This document shows positions 18,919 to 28,269 of a stretch of DNA of 64,000 nt, piece after piece. Each line of letters opens with the position of its first letter. The first letter of the stretch is position 1. Position numbers and translations under genes: made by a program. Below the pieces are notes generated by a model, which did not search any database, was not told the DNA's origin, and was given only the letters and a program-made list of their open reading frames with translations. This DNA is from a virus: positions 32,001 to 96,000 of the IMG/VR virus record IMGVR_UViG_3300010158_000028; one strand, 5' to 3'.

Positions 18919-20740
18919 AGAAATTATTACGAATAATTTGTGTTGACAACTCTGGTTCCGGTTCAAATTTATCTTTTGATGCCTTTTGGTCTTTTGATTT
19001 TTTAGCAATATCTTTGACCATCATTGTTGTTTTACTCACTGTTCTTTTTGCTGGTGTATTTGTTCTTTCAACATCCATCTCACTATCTTCTTTCATTTGT
19101 TTCTTTATTGCCTGTTTAGCTAGATGTTTAACTCTTGACATTGGAGAATGAACTGCACCAGATTTATCTATTTTCCCATGTGGACCATTGAATGGAATCT
19201 TTGGATCATCTTTCTTCCATCCTGTATCTTTTGACCATGAACCTTCCGCTTCATCAATTTGCACATCTTCTTTCATGTGACCATATTTCTTTTTGTACCA
19301 AGTAGGCATTCCACTTGTCTTACGGAAATGTCTAACTGTTGCTGAATCATTTGCTTGGTCACGGTATTTGTTTTCTGCATCTGTATTATGACTCTTCATT
19401 GCTTCTGCGGCAGCATGTGCATCTTTAGCAATATGAATCAGTGCTTCATCAGATTTTTTATGATACTCATGACCTTCTAAAGGATGTCTTTGTGATGGAC
19501 GACCTTCTTCAAGTGTATCTTCTTTTACTGGACCATGTTCTGATTTGGTTGTTGGTTGTTTCTTTTTTAATAGAGAACTAAGAGAATCGTAATTCTTATC
19601 AGTTTTTACATTATATTCTTTGTTACCAGGACCAATATCAGCAACTCTAGTACCAATAGGTGCTTTGTGACTGATAACAACTGCTTCATTAATCTCTTCA
19701 TCCATACGACCATTGGAAGAAAGTCTCTCTTTGCGTCTTTGAGCAGCAAAGTCAGAACCCTGTGGTTGTTTCTTCTTTTCTCTACTCAACATAGAAACAA
19801 TTGAGGACAACTTAGATTTATCTGCACCACTAATATTACTCATCTTACGTTTTTCTTCTTTTGCTCTAAGAGAAGCACCATATGCAGCATCAGATTCAGT
19901 TACATTAGATTCAACTTCTTCTTTGGCATATTTTTTCTTCAAGTATTTGTCAACCCTGCGTTCATAATCACTTTTTGGTTCTCTTGGTTGTTTTTCAACC
20001 CATGCCTTATTGGTTTTTACATTATATTCTTTATTACCAGGACCAATATCAGCAACTCTAGTACCAATAGGTGCTTTGTGACTGATAACAACTGCTTCTT
20101 GAACTGGTTTCACTGGACCATGTTGAGGAATAGTTGTTGGTGATGATCCATCTCTACGTTCTTGTGGAGTAGGAATCTTAGGTGGATTCTTAATCAACTG
20201 TTTGCTTTTCAACATAGTCATCAATCTACTACTGGCAGATTCTTTAACTGTTTTTACAATACCATTACCACCTTTAGATTTTACTGAATCTAAAAATTTA
20301 TGTGCAGTTTCTTTTGAATCATAGTGTGCTACTGATATTTTTGGTTCTGATTTATTTGTTTTGAAAAGAACTGAATGTTTTTCTTCATCAATTTTTTCTA
20401 CTGACTCATCAACTTCACTCATCAAGTAATTTGAAACGGTAGAGATATAATCTTCTGCAAGAGTAATCTTAGATTGTACCCACTCAGGAAGATTATCATT
20501 ATCTTCTAACATATCATGAACTCTTTGAGCATTGTTGATAATACTCTGTAATTGTCCACGTGCCATATCACCTTCATAATCGTATTCTGTTTTTTCTTTT
20601 GCTTCTGAAACAGGTACACAATTAGGAACCTTCTTACCATTTTTCATTTTCATACCAACTGCAGTATAACCTGTCCAACAAGCATCTTTTAACTGACCTG
20701 TTGGTTCTTTAATTTCTCTTAACTTAGAGAATCTTTTCAT
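18917..20740 (-). CDS. Charged modular protein, putative head-internal polyprotein
   Basis: CW.GY...GMKMKNGKKVPNCVP and EG.MA..QL...LPEWVQSKIT modules; many hydrophobic-X-E sites; internal duplication. Confidence 0.6.
   Translation of the reverse strand: MKRFSKLREIKEPTGQLKDACWTGYTAVGMKMKNGKKVPNCVPVSEAKEKTEYDYEGDMARGQLQSIINNAQRVHDMLEDNDNLPEWVQSKITLAEDYISTVSNYLMSEVDESVEKIDEEKHSVLFKTNKSEPKISVAHYDSKETAHKFLDSVKSKGGNGIVKTVKESASSRLMTMLKSKQLIKNPPKIPTPQERRDGSSPTTIPQHGPVKPVQEAVVISHKAPIGTRVADIGPGNKEYNVKTNKAWVEKQPREPKSDYERRVDKYLKKKYAKEEVESNVTESDAAYGASLRAKEEKRKMSNISGADKSKLSSIVSMLSREKKKQPQGSDFAAQRRKERLSSNGRMDEEINEAVVISHKAPIGTRVADIGPGNKEYNVKTDKNYDSLSSLLKKKQPTTKSEHGPVKEDTLEEGRPSQRHPLEGHEYHKKSDEALIHIAKDAHAAAEAMKSHNTDAENKYRDQANDSATVRHFRKTSGMPTWYKKKYGHMKEDVQIDEAEGSWSKDTGWKKDDPKIPFNGPHGKIDKSGAVHSPMSRVKHLAKQAIKKQMKEDSEMDVERTNTPAKRTVSKTTMMVKDIAKKSKDQKASKDKFEPEPELSTQIIRNNF
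19602..19687. repeat. 86-bp direct repeat, copy 1 (copy 2 at 20013-20098)
   Basis: Copies differ at one synonymous position; both encode EAVVISHKAPIGTRVADIGPGNKEYNVKT. Confidence 0.95.
20013..20098. repeat. 86-bp direct repeat, copy 2
   Basis: See 19602-19687. Confidence 0.95.
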
Positions 20741-20742
20741 GA

Positions 20743-21693
20743 TCAGTCCTTTTTTGCTTGTTTGGTTGCTGTTGCATACATTACTTCTTTTGCACGATCA
20801 CCATAACGCTCTTTGAAACCGGCTAAACCTTTTTTCATTGATTTAACAATTTCTTCTTTCTTATCTGTTTCAGCACCAGTTAATGTGCGCTCTTCAATCT
20901 GTTCAACTTCCACTTCAACTGATTCACTCTTTACTGCTTGAACAGAACCTTTTGATAAATCTGGTTGTGTTTTTTTACCTTCAGATTTTGCTTGTGCATC
21001 ATCTAATTGTTTTTTAACTTCTTCAGTTGAATCTTCTTCAATTTTTTCAAGACTCTCAAACAAACCTTTGATACCATTTTCTTGATAACTATTCAATAAA
21101 TTAGTAAATGATTCTCCACGCATTGCCAATTTAGCATCTCTTTTAGCTTTAGAAGCGGGTGTTTCAAAACCTCTTGTTGCTCGTGAAGCATATGTACCTT
21201 TAGATACTTTTTTCTTGGATTTCATGTCAGCTGCATCATCTGCACCTTCTGGATCAACATAGTTTTTACCATATGATTTACCTTCAATCTTACGAACAGG
21301 CAAATCTGCTAACTTAACTTCATTTAATTGTTGAACTTCTTCTTTAACTACTTCTTCTTTATTAAATGCTTTCTTTAATATTTCAGAGGTATCCTTCTTT
21401 ACTTTATTTGAAGTGATTGGTTTAACCATGTTTACATCTTTATTTTTAAGACCCAAAGGATAATCACCGCCTCGTTCCTGTGATTTTTGACTTTTATCCA
21501 TTTCATTTACTTCAACTTCTTTCTTTTGACCTTTAAGAATCTTAAAATCTTGTGCATCAATTTTATTATTGTGATTCTTATCAATATTCTTTTGAGCACC
21601 AATTAGTGCTTCTTCAACTTTTTTCTGTGCATCTGCTTCCATAATCTTTTTTACTGCATCTGCTACTGACTGCGTAGTTTTATCTGTAAACAT
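20743..21693 (-). CDS. Charged hypothetical (putative head-internal/core) protein
   Basis: EF-hand-like IDKNHNNKIDAQDF; C-terminal F..RYG....VMYATATK.A module. Confidence 0.55.
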   Translation of the reverse strand: MFTDKTTQSVADAVKKIMEADAQKKVEEALIGAQKNIDKNHNNKIDAQDFKILKGQKKEVEVNEMDKSQKSQERGGDYPLGLKNKDVNMVKPITSNKVKKDTSEILKKAFNKEEVVKEEVQQLNEVKLADLPVRKIEGKSYGKNYVDPEGADDAADMKSKKKVSKGTYASRATRGFETPASKAKRDAKLAMRGESFTNLLNSYQENGIKGLFESLEKIEEDSTEEVKKQLDDAQAKSEGKKTQPDLSKGSVQAVKSESVEVEVEQIEERTLTGAETDKKEEIVKSMKKGLAGFKERYGDRAKEVMYATATKQAKKD

Positions 21694-21736
21694 CTTTGAT
21701 TCTCCCTTTTGTTTTTATTAATTATGATTCATTTAG

Positions 21737-22852
21737 TTAAGTGTTAGACACTAACAGTATCTCGTAATTTACAGCAGTTTTTCCTGCTCCAACTTCTATT
21801 ACAGTATACATATCGGTTTTTTGTGGTAATACTAATGGAAACGGAAAGTCATATATGTAAGTGCTGTTGTCTACAATAGCTACGTGAAGAACCATAAACG
21901 CTTTACCAAAATATCTACCCATAAAATTTACCACTGTGGCACCTGTTGATGAAGCATCACCTTTAAACAAGTAACCAGTATAACCTGCGGGCACAGTATA
22001 AATGCCTGCTTTTGCTGCGCCTCTGCCTGATGTTATTTTAGATACTATAGTACCAGTGCCAGATGTAACATGTGTAGTAATGTCACCATCATTAGTATTT
22101 GCTCCATAACACATGACCTTATGAATACGTAAAAAATGGTTAGATGTAGCTACGGGGGTTCTTGAATCTGCCGCATCTAGAGTTATTACTTCACTTTGAT
22201 TAACATAATTGGCATCTAGCCCATCAATAAGAATTGGCATACTTCTATCAGTAGCATTATTAGTTGAACTCTTTACATATAATGTCTGTGCTGTGGCAAA
22301 ACTACTCCACGGATATGATGTGCCGCCTGACCATACAGCATCACCAGCTGAAGTAGAGGGATTGTATCCTGTAATTTGTTCTGTAGTGTGTCCTGCAATT
22401 AATCCCTGTGTTATCTGCATAGTCCACAACTTGCCCTGAGCGCTACCGCCAATGGTTGATACATTCCATGTACCACTCTGTGTAACTGCAACTGTTGAAT
22501 TTGAAATACTAACAGAACCATTAACTGTTTGTGTTGATGGAAAATTATTCACACTCACTGTACCGTTAGCAGTTACATTACCCTGTATAGGAACAAATGT
22601 AGTTAAATTGCCATATGTACCAACTTCAGTTAAATGAATATGAACTGGATTGGAAGGTGAACTTGTGACATTCACAGTTGTTCCAACATTAACATCACCA
22701 GTAATAGTGATGTTATTTGATCCTAATGTAACAGGTAATGGATTACCTATAGTAACCAAATTACCAGCAGCACCATTAGCCAGATATATCACTTCATACC
22801 GTGACGATATCTTTGGGTCTAACGATGTTGTTTCAGTATTATATTGCGCCAT
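21737..22852 (-). CDS. Putative virion structural protein
   Basis: Beta-rich Thr/Asn/Val repeats; NPLPV; I.GLD.NY....E; YTVPAG. Confidence 0.55.
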   Translation of the reverse strand: MAQYNTETTSLDPKISSRYEVIYLANGAAGNLVTIGNPLPVTLGSNNITITGDVNVGTTVNVTSSPSNPVHIHLTEVGTYGNLTTFVPIQGNVTANGTVSVNNFPSTQTVNGSVSISNSTVAVTQSGTWNVSTIGGSAQGKLWTMQITQGLIAGHTTEQITGYNPSTSAGDAVWSGGTSYPWSSFATAQTLYVKSSTNNATDRSMPILIDGLDANYVNQSEVITLDAADSRTPVATSNHFLRIHKVMCYGANTNDGDITTHVTSGTGTIVSKITSGRGAAKAGIYTVPAGYTGYLFKGDASSTGATVVNFMGRYFGKAFMVLHVAIVDNSTYIYDFPFPLVLPQKTDMYTVIEVGAGKTAVNYEILLVSNT

Positions 22853-23155
22853 CTAGCAGTTCCACTTCCTCAATGATTTATTAATACGACTATCTGGATC
22901 TCGTGCAGTCTTAGCAGATGTTAATTTTGCTTTCATACCAGACATTCTAGCACAAAATGATTTTCTACGATTTGCAGATTTACTACCTGCCTTCAATTTA
23001 CTAGGTTTAGTAGTAACGGCTAATGATAAATGTGAACCAGGATGTTCTCTACGATAAGATTCAATACCTTTACGATTGAGACCACCCTCAGGGTTCTTAC
23101 CTTCTTTTCTCTGCCATGCTGCAACTTCAGCAATAAATTCTTTAAGTGTTATCAT
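22853..23155 (-). CDS. Basic conserved phage protein (DUF6321-like)
   Basis: MITLKEFIAE; AAWQRKEGKNPEGGLN; RRKSFCARM; SRINKSLRKWNC. Confidence 0.7.
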   Translation of the reverse strand: MITLKEFIAEVAAWQRKEGKNPEGGLNRKGIESYRREHPGSHLSLAVTTKPSKLKAGSKSANRRKSFCARMSGMKAKLTSAKTARDPDSRINKSLRKWNC

Positions 23156-25566
23156 AGATAGTTTTTCTTTTTAAATGAAGCAAGACTAATGCCTTGTTTT
23201 TTTAATTCATCTTCTTTTTGATCCCCGATAGATGCAGTAGTTTCATCACCAGTTAATTCACTTAATTTATCTTTCATCTTTGGTTTTGCTTTACCGTCTT
23301 TACCAATAATCTCTTGGTTCCAACCAGACATGGCCATACCAGGTTCTATGCCCATGTCAATCTCATTTATTTTTTCTTTGAGCTTCTTCTTCGCTTGGGT
23401 GAAGGAGATTTTTGTTCTTGGACTGGTGCTGGTGCTTCCACAACCGCAGTCACAACTGGCGCCACCTCCACAACTACTTCCTTCGGTGACTCTACTGGTA
23501 CTGATACTTCTACTTTGACTTCTTCCTTCTTCTTGAATATATTCTTTATGAAATTCAACATCATTACTCTCCTTAAGTTTAACTACATAAAAATTGCCTT
23601 GTTTTTCAACTTCACCATTTTTGAGATGTGCATCTTTGGCAGCGGCACGCCTCATCATGTATTTTCTAGTGTTACCTTTACCATCTTTAAGATAATTCTT
23701 TTTCTCTACACTTTCTATAAGCATTGGTGTTCCCAATGTCAATGCATTAAAGGCACTTCTATCTGAAAATTGATAATGCTCTTCAACTTCTTCTTCTGGT
23801 TCTTCATCAGATTTTAATAGTTTGATTGCCTTTGCAACTTCTTCTGGTGTATCTCCACTGAATGTAACTGTAACTGTTTCATTTATAAATTCTAAGAACT
23901 GTTCATTAACAGATTCTTTTTTTAATTTAGCAATTTTTGATGTCTCTTTAGTTTTCTGAATAGTTTCTTTTGTTTTTGCTGGTATCTGTGTATTTGATGC
24001 ACCACCTCTTGGTGTTCCAGAGGACATTGATGAACTTGATGTAGGAATATCAGGTGTTTTCAATTTAATCTTACCAACAGCAACTAACTTATCGTTGATG
24101 GAGTGATGTGTTGTTGTTCCGTTTTTACCATATCTACCAAAACCATAGTATTGTAAACCAAGTTTCATTGCTTCTTTATATGCACCAGACTCGGTAGGCG
24201 GTGTTTGATTCAAACCTTTTTCACTTGGTTTTGTTGTATCTTTCTTATTTAATTCTGTTGCCATCCATTGTTGTGCTTGTTCATGATCTGGTTGTTTTGA
24301 TGTAAATTCTTTTACTTTCTTAAAAATCTGCATCATCTCTTCTTTTTTTGCTTTCACTACTTCTGGATCTGCAGAGCGTAAATCTTCAGAGTTATCAAAT
24401 TCAATATAGTTTTGTCCAAATAGTTTAGCAAACTCGGCTCTATTCTTTTGAACTGCATCCCATTTCTCTTTACGAATATTCTCTGGTACTGTTCTACCAC
24501 CACGTTGACCACGTTCAATGTTTCTTTGTTGTGATACTTCATCTTTAGTTTGAACTGCAACCATAGATGTTGCATAACCAATCTCTTCTAACTTCTCTTT
24601 AATCTTCTTAATCTTTTCAAAATCATCACCCGTACCATTAATGATTAAACCATTGCGACCAGACAATGCCAATCTTTGGCGCAACTCAGTGACATTCTTT
24701 GCACGACCACGAACTAAATCTCTTTTGCTTTGTTCACCAGCAGGCATCTTCATATCAAGATTTTCTTTGTCCATCAAGTATTCAAATGCTTTATCTGAAT
24801 TCAATTCTGTTAATCCATGACCTGCAAGTGTATTATCTAATACATAATCTTTACCTGAACCTGGACCGCCAGATAAGAATACTGCTTTGAAGATACTCTT
24901 ATCATGCACACCTTCATCTAACTGTTGTTCAAATAAAAAATCTAATGATAGATTGAATCCTTCTTTAACACCCATACCTTTTCTTACATCATGATATAAT
25001 TCTTTGGCATGTTTATCTTGCACACGACCAGGAATGCCTTGTTTGAATTCTTTATAGTTACCAGATGTTGCATGACCTCTCATCTTAGATGCAGACATAC
25101 CTTCTGCACCCTCTGCATCAGGATCACGTTGACCAGCAGAATGAACTGTAATCTTCTTAAAATTGAAGTGTCCATGCGGTCCTTTTACATTATTGTATTT
25201 GTGTAACAACTTATGATATTCGTCTGTGCGGTCTGAACCAGCAACCATATGCAGATGTGTTGCACCTGCTTTATGTAACTTTGCCGCTTGACTTAGAAAA
25301 TTAGGATGTTCTTTATCTGATACTGTTAGATTAGTATCTGGAAAGAATCGTTTAGCATGTTTTAGTTTTTGTTGAGAAGTGAGAGGATTCTTACCTGGGT
25401 CTTGACTATGTGAGAGAACAACATGGTGTGTTCCACCAACATTTTTAGCAATCTCTTTGACTTTATTGACTAGTTTTTCGTGACCTACTGTAGGTGGATT
25501 GACTCTACCAAATGCCAAAACGGCATGCTTTTCTTTTTCTTCTTTAATAAAATCTTTAAATTTCAT
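23152..25566 (-). CDS. Cytidyltransferase-like (HxGH) domain fused to a P-loop kinase (zeta-toxin/AAA_33-like) domain
   Basis: FGRVNPPTVGH, AGSDR, GMSASKMR; second domain GGPGSGKD, NSD, IINGTG, RN..R...R.VP. Confidence 0.8.
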   Translation of the reverse strand: MKFKDFIKEEKEKHAVLAFGRVNPPTVGHEKLVNKVKEIAKNVGGTHHVVLSHSQDPGKNPLTSQQKLKHAKRFFPDTNLTVSDKEHPNFLSQAAKLHKAGATHLHMVAGSDRTDEYHKLLHKYNNVKGPHGHFNFKKITVHSAGQRDPDAEGAEGMSASKMRGHATSGNYKEFKQGIPGRVQDKHAKELYHDVRKGMGVKEGFNLSLDFLFEQQLDEGVHDKSIFKAVFLSGGPGSGKDYVLDNTLAGHGLTELNSDKAFEYLMDKENLDMKMPAGEQSKRDLVRGRAKNVTELRQRLALSGRNGLIINGTGDDFEKIKKIKEKLEEIGYATSMVAVQTKDEVSQQRNIERGQRGGRTVPENIRKEKWDAVQKNRAEFAKLFGQNYIEFDNSEDLRSADPEVVKAKKEEMMQIFKKVKEFTSKQPDHEQAQQWMATELNKKDTTKPSEKGLNQTPPTESGAYKEAMKLGLQYYGFGRYGKNGTTTHHSINDKLVAVGKIKLKTPDIPTSSSSMSSGTPRGGASNTQIPAKTKETIQKTKETSKIAKLKKESVNEQFLEFINETVTVTFSGDTPEEVAKAIKLLKSDEEPEEEVEEHYQFSDRSAFNALTLGTPMLIESVEKKNYLKDGKGNTRKYMMRRAAAKDAHLKNGEVEKQGNFYVVKLKESNDVEFHKEYIQEEGRSQSRSISTSRVTEGSSCGGGASCDCGCGSTSTSPRTKISFTQAKKKLKEKINEIDMGIEPGMAMSGWNQEIIGKDGKAKPKMKDKLSELTGDETTASIGDQKEDELKKQGISLASFKKKNYL
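23367..23564 (-). CDS. Candidate overprinted small protein inside the 804-aa gene
   Basis: Strong SD AAGGAG (23569-23574) before ATGATG; amphipathic N-terminus, Val/Glu/Pro linker, basic tail. Confidence 0.55.
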   Translation of the reverse strand: MMLNFIKNIFKKKEEVKVEVSVPVESPKEVVVEVAPVVTAVVEAPAPVQEQKSPSPKRRRSSKKK

Positions 25567-25596
25567 GTTCTCCCGCCTCTATAGCAAGTTATACTG

Positions 25597-25604
25597 TATT
25601 TATA
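25597..25604 (-). promoter_or_regulatory. T4 late promoter
   Basis: Exact TATAAATA upstream of the start at 25566. Confidence 0.75.
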
Positions 25605-26052
25605 CTTTTAACATCTTCACATAATCAGAACAAACACCTATTGGGTTAATTTGTTTAATTTCTTCATAGTTCCAATGTTTTTCTGGCATTACCATAATCG
25701 TCATATCATTAACAACTTCTTTACCCGGATATGCCCATGTATACCCAAAATTAGTCATTGTATAGTCATCATTTTCATGCCAAAAATAATGTAGTTTTGG
25801 ATGATTAAAACAATATGCCATTGCACGAACATCTTTACAATGAATCCATAGATGGTCCACTCTATCAATTAAGTAATTCTCTTTTACTTTGTATTGTTCA
25901 CAATCATGGCCAAAGTATAAATCATTCTTAATCATTCGTAAATCTACTTCAACACAATAACCACGTTCTATGGCATCATCCAAATAATAAGGATTGTTTT
26001 CTTCTGCAATATTAGGTCCGTTAATATTACCTCTGTGTGCAATCAGTATCAT
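25600..26052 (-). CDS. Glycerophosphodiester phosphodiesterase-like protein
   Basis: IAHRG, EVD, GHD, HCK, G.CSD. Confidence 0.75.
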   Translation of the reverse strand: MILIAHRGNINGPNIAEENNPYYLDDAIERGYCVEVDLRMIKNDLYFGHDCEQYKVKENYLIDRVDHLWIHCKDVRAMAYCFNHPKLHYFWHENDDYTMTNFGYTWAYPGKEVVNDMTIMVMPEKHWNYEEIKQINPIGVCSDYVKMLKV

Positions 26053-26729
26053 AGGTTTATAACAACTCCTAAGTTTTCTCCACGACCAGAAGGAATCATA
26101 ATCTCAACTTTTTTACCTATCTTCTCAAATAAATGATCATGTACCTTTTGTGTAAAACTCCATTCATATACATCGTGAAATGCTAATACATACTTATCTG
26201 CCAATAATGGTAAAAATGCATCAATATCTTTAATCATTTGTTCTTCAAAATGACCAGCATCAATAAAGACAAAATCTAATTTCTCACGAAAATGATTCTT
26301 AATGCATCTAAACGTATCATCTGGACTCCAACCAATCTCAGGAAATAACGTATTCTGTAATTCAAACTTCTCAATAAGATATTTTACAGATTTATAACCA
26401 TCAGATGTTTCATATACTGTTCTTTCAAAATCTTTGTATGCACCAGGATTCTGACATTTCTCTTCAATGTATGCATCCATAGTAACTATCTTACCACCAG
26501 TTTGTTTGAAACCTAATCCAATTGCACAACTACTCACACCAAATGCAGTAGCACATTCATATCCTCTCTGCAAATTATGTTCAATAATCAAATCTCTAAG
26601 AAAATTAAATTCTTCTTCTTTTATAGAATATGGATATGGATGTTGTTTCATCTTAATATGACCACTACCCGTATTCTCATACTGAACTGGTCCATCTTCA
26701 AACTTTACTATTTCTTCAAATTGACTCAT
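26049..26729 (-). CDS. Class I SAM-dependent methyltransferase (Methyltransf_24-like)
   Basis: E.ATAFG.S, DFVFIDAGH, AFHD. Confidence 0.75.
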   Translation of the reverse strand: MSQFEEIVKFEDGPVQYENTGSGHIKMKQHPYPYSIKEEEFNFLRDLIIEHNLQRGYECATAFGVSSCAIGLGFKQTGGKIVTMDAYIEEKCQNPGAYKDFERTVYETSDGYKSVKYLIEKFELQNTLFPEIGWSPDDTFRCIKNHFREKLDFVFIDAGHFEEQMIKDIDAFLPLLADKYVLAFHDVYEWSFTQKVHDHLFEKIGKKVEIMIPSGRGENLGVVINL

Positions 26730-27442
26730 TTATCCATCTCCACGTATTCACCTTTAGGTGTATGTTGTAATGTTTTATGTATGCTAAATTCTTTCCATGG
26801 TAATCTCATATCAGATATCCATTGTGTAGATAAAACATGTGGACACAATAAATCAGTTTTCATATACAAATGCGTTAAGAAACATGATGCCTTAGAAAAC
26901 AACATCATATTAAACATATTACCCGCTTGAATCATATCACCTGTACCTTGACCGAGATGATTACGATGTGCCATAGTATAGAACTTATCAGTTTCAAATT
27001 CTGGCAAATCTTCATGTAGAATCATATCTGGTCTCATACGTATAACTAAATCATAAAACATACCAGTATGTGATACAAAGTTTTCTACTAAACTAATACC
27101 CGCATGTAACTTATGAAACATTGATAAGATATTCTTTGGTCTATGTGCAAAATTCTTATAAAGATTGCCACGATACTCAAACAACTCATTGTAATTATTC
27201 CAATCTTCAATTACTAATGATGTTGGTTTGTATGCCTCAATAATCTCTTCTCTATCAATCTTTGGGGTATCTTCAAAATACCCTTTCTCATTTTGTTTAT
27301 CCCCAGGTATCCACCATCCCTCTTCATTCCATGTATGAATAAAAATATCAGGATTGTATCTATCAATTACCTTCTCTTTAAAATTAGGTAATACATCACG
27401 CCAACACCTAAGATGTCCAGTTAATACTATAGCAACTTTCAT
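26726..27442 (-). CDS. Putative glycosyltransferase
   Basis: KVAIVLTGHLR, DIFIHTW, YDLVIRMRPD, GD. Confidence 0.65.
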   Translation of the reverse strand: MKVAIVLTGHLRCWRDVLPNFKEKVIDRYNPDIFIHTWNEEGWWIPGDKQNEKGYFEDTPKIDREEIIEAYKPTSLVIEDWNNYNELFEYRGNLYKNFAHRPKNILSMFHKLHAGISLVENFVSHTGMFYDLVIRMRPDMILHEDLPEFETDKFYTMAHRNHLGQGTGDMIQAGNMFNMMLFSKASCFLTHLYMKTDLLCPHVLSTQWISDMRLPWKEFSIHKTLQHTPKGEYVEMDK

Positions 27443-28269
27443 CTGTCTGTATGCACTTTCAAAAAAGTATTATTCATTGTGTTTATTTCATTTTTAATCC
27501 ACATAGGATTATATGAAGAATAAACATGTTGAAAAATATGTTCATCAATCAATTCCTGACTTTCTATAAAACTTGTTTTACAATAAATTGCATCGTCATT
27601 AAAATTTAATATTTTTAATTTAGCAGATTTGTGCAATAGTAAATAAAACCCATATATGATGTAATCAAAATCTTGTGAATTAACTTTAATCCAATTCTCT
27701 TCATAGTTTATATATTCTAAAAAATCTGTGAAGTTTAATTTGCTATAAACCGGTATATCATTAAACCAAAAGAAAACATTCATTGTAGTGCCATTAACTT
27801 CAGAATTAAACATACCATATGAAAGAATATCACTTAACTTCTGTTTTTCAAAATCTGTAAAAAACTTCAATGGTTCAGTTTGATAATAATACTTTTGTTG
27901 TATTAAATTTGAATATAATGTATTCTCTTTTATTTTATGGTAAAATAGTGTATCATAATCCATATTTTTAAGAAATAACGTATCAACATCAATTACCCCA
28001 ACTTTATCAAATTCATCTTGTGTAAAAATCTCAATCAATCCACTGTATTTTTTTTGAGTAATAACACCATAATTTACGGGTCTTTGATTAACAATTGAAC
28101 GATATTTTAACTTTTTGTTTTTTGTTTTGAATTCTTTTGCATCTTCTTCAGATGAAAATATTAAGTAAATATGATCATCATTAAAGTGTTTATTATAACT
28201 CTCTATTAATTTACTACCTTCATCAAATTTTGGTGGATGTATTGGTGCAAGAAAACAAGATTTGTTCAC
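27439..28269 (-). CDS. Putative GT-A fold glycosyltransferase
   Basis: KK..GL, DVD (DxD), FWFNDIP; context. Confidence 0.5.
   Translation of the reverse strand: MNKSCFLAPIHPPKFDEGSKLIESYNKHFNDDHIYLIFSSEEDAKEFKTKNKKLKYRSIVNQRPVNYGVITQKKYSGLIEIFTQDEFDKVGVIDVDTLFLKNMDYDTLFYHKIKENTLYSNLIQQKYYYQTEPLKFFTDFEKQKLSDILSYGMFNSEVNGTTMNVFFWFNDIPVYSKLNFTDFLEYINYEENWIKVNSQDFDYIIYGFYLLLHKSAKLKILNFNDDAIYCKTSFIESQELIDEHIFQHVYSSYNPMWIKNEINTMNNTFLKVHTDR

Noticed and set aside
23314-23766. Plus-strand 150-aa ORF and other short antisense/alternate-frame ORFs in the track
   Set aside because: Shadows of well-supported minus-strand genes, with no SD or recognisable motifs
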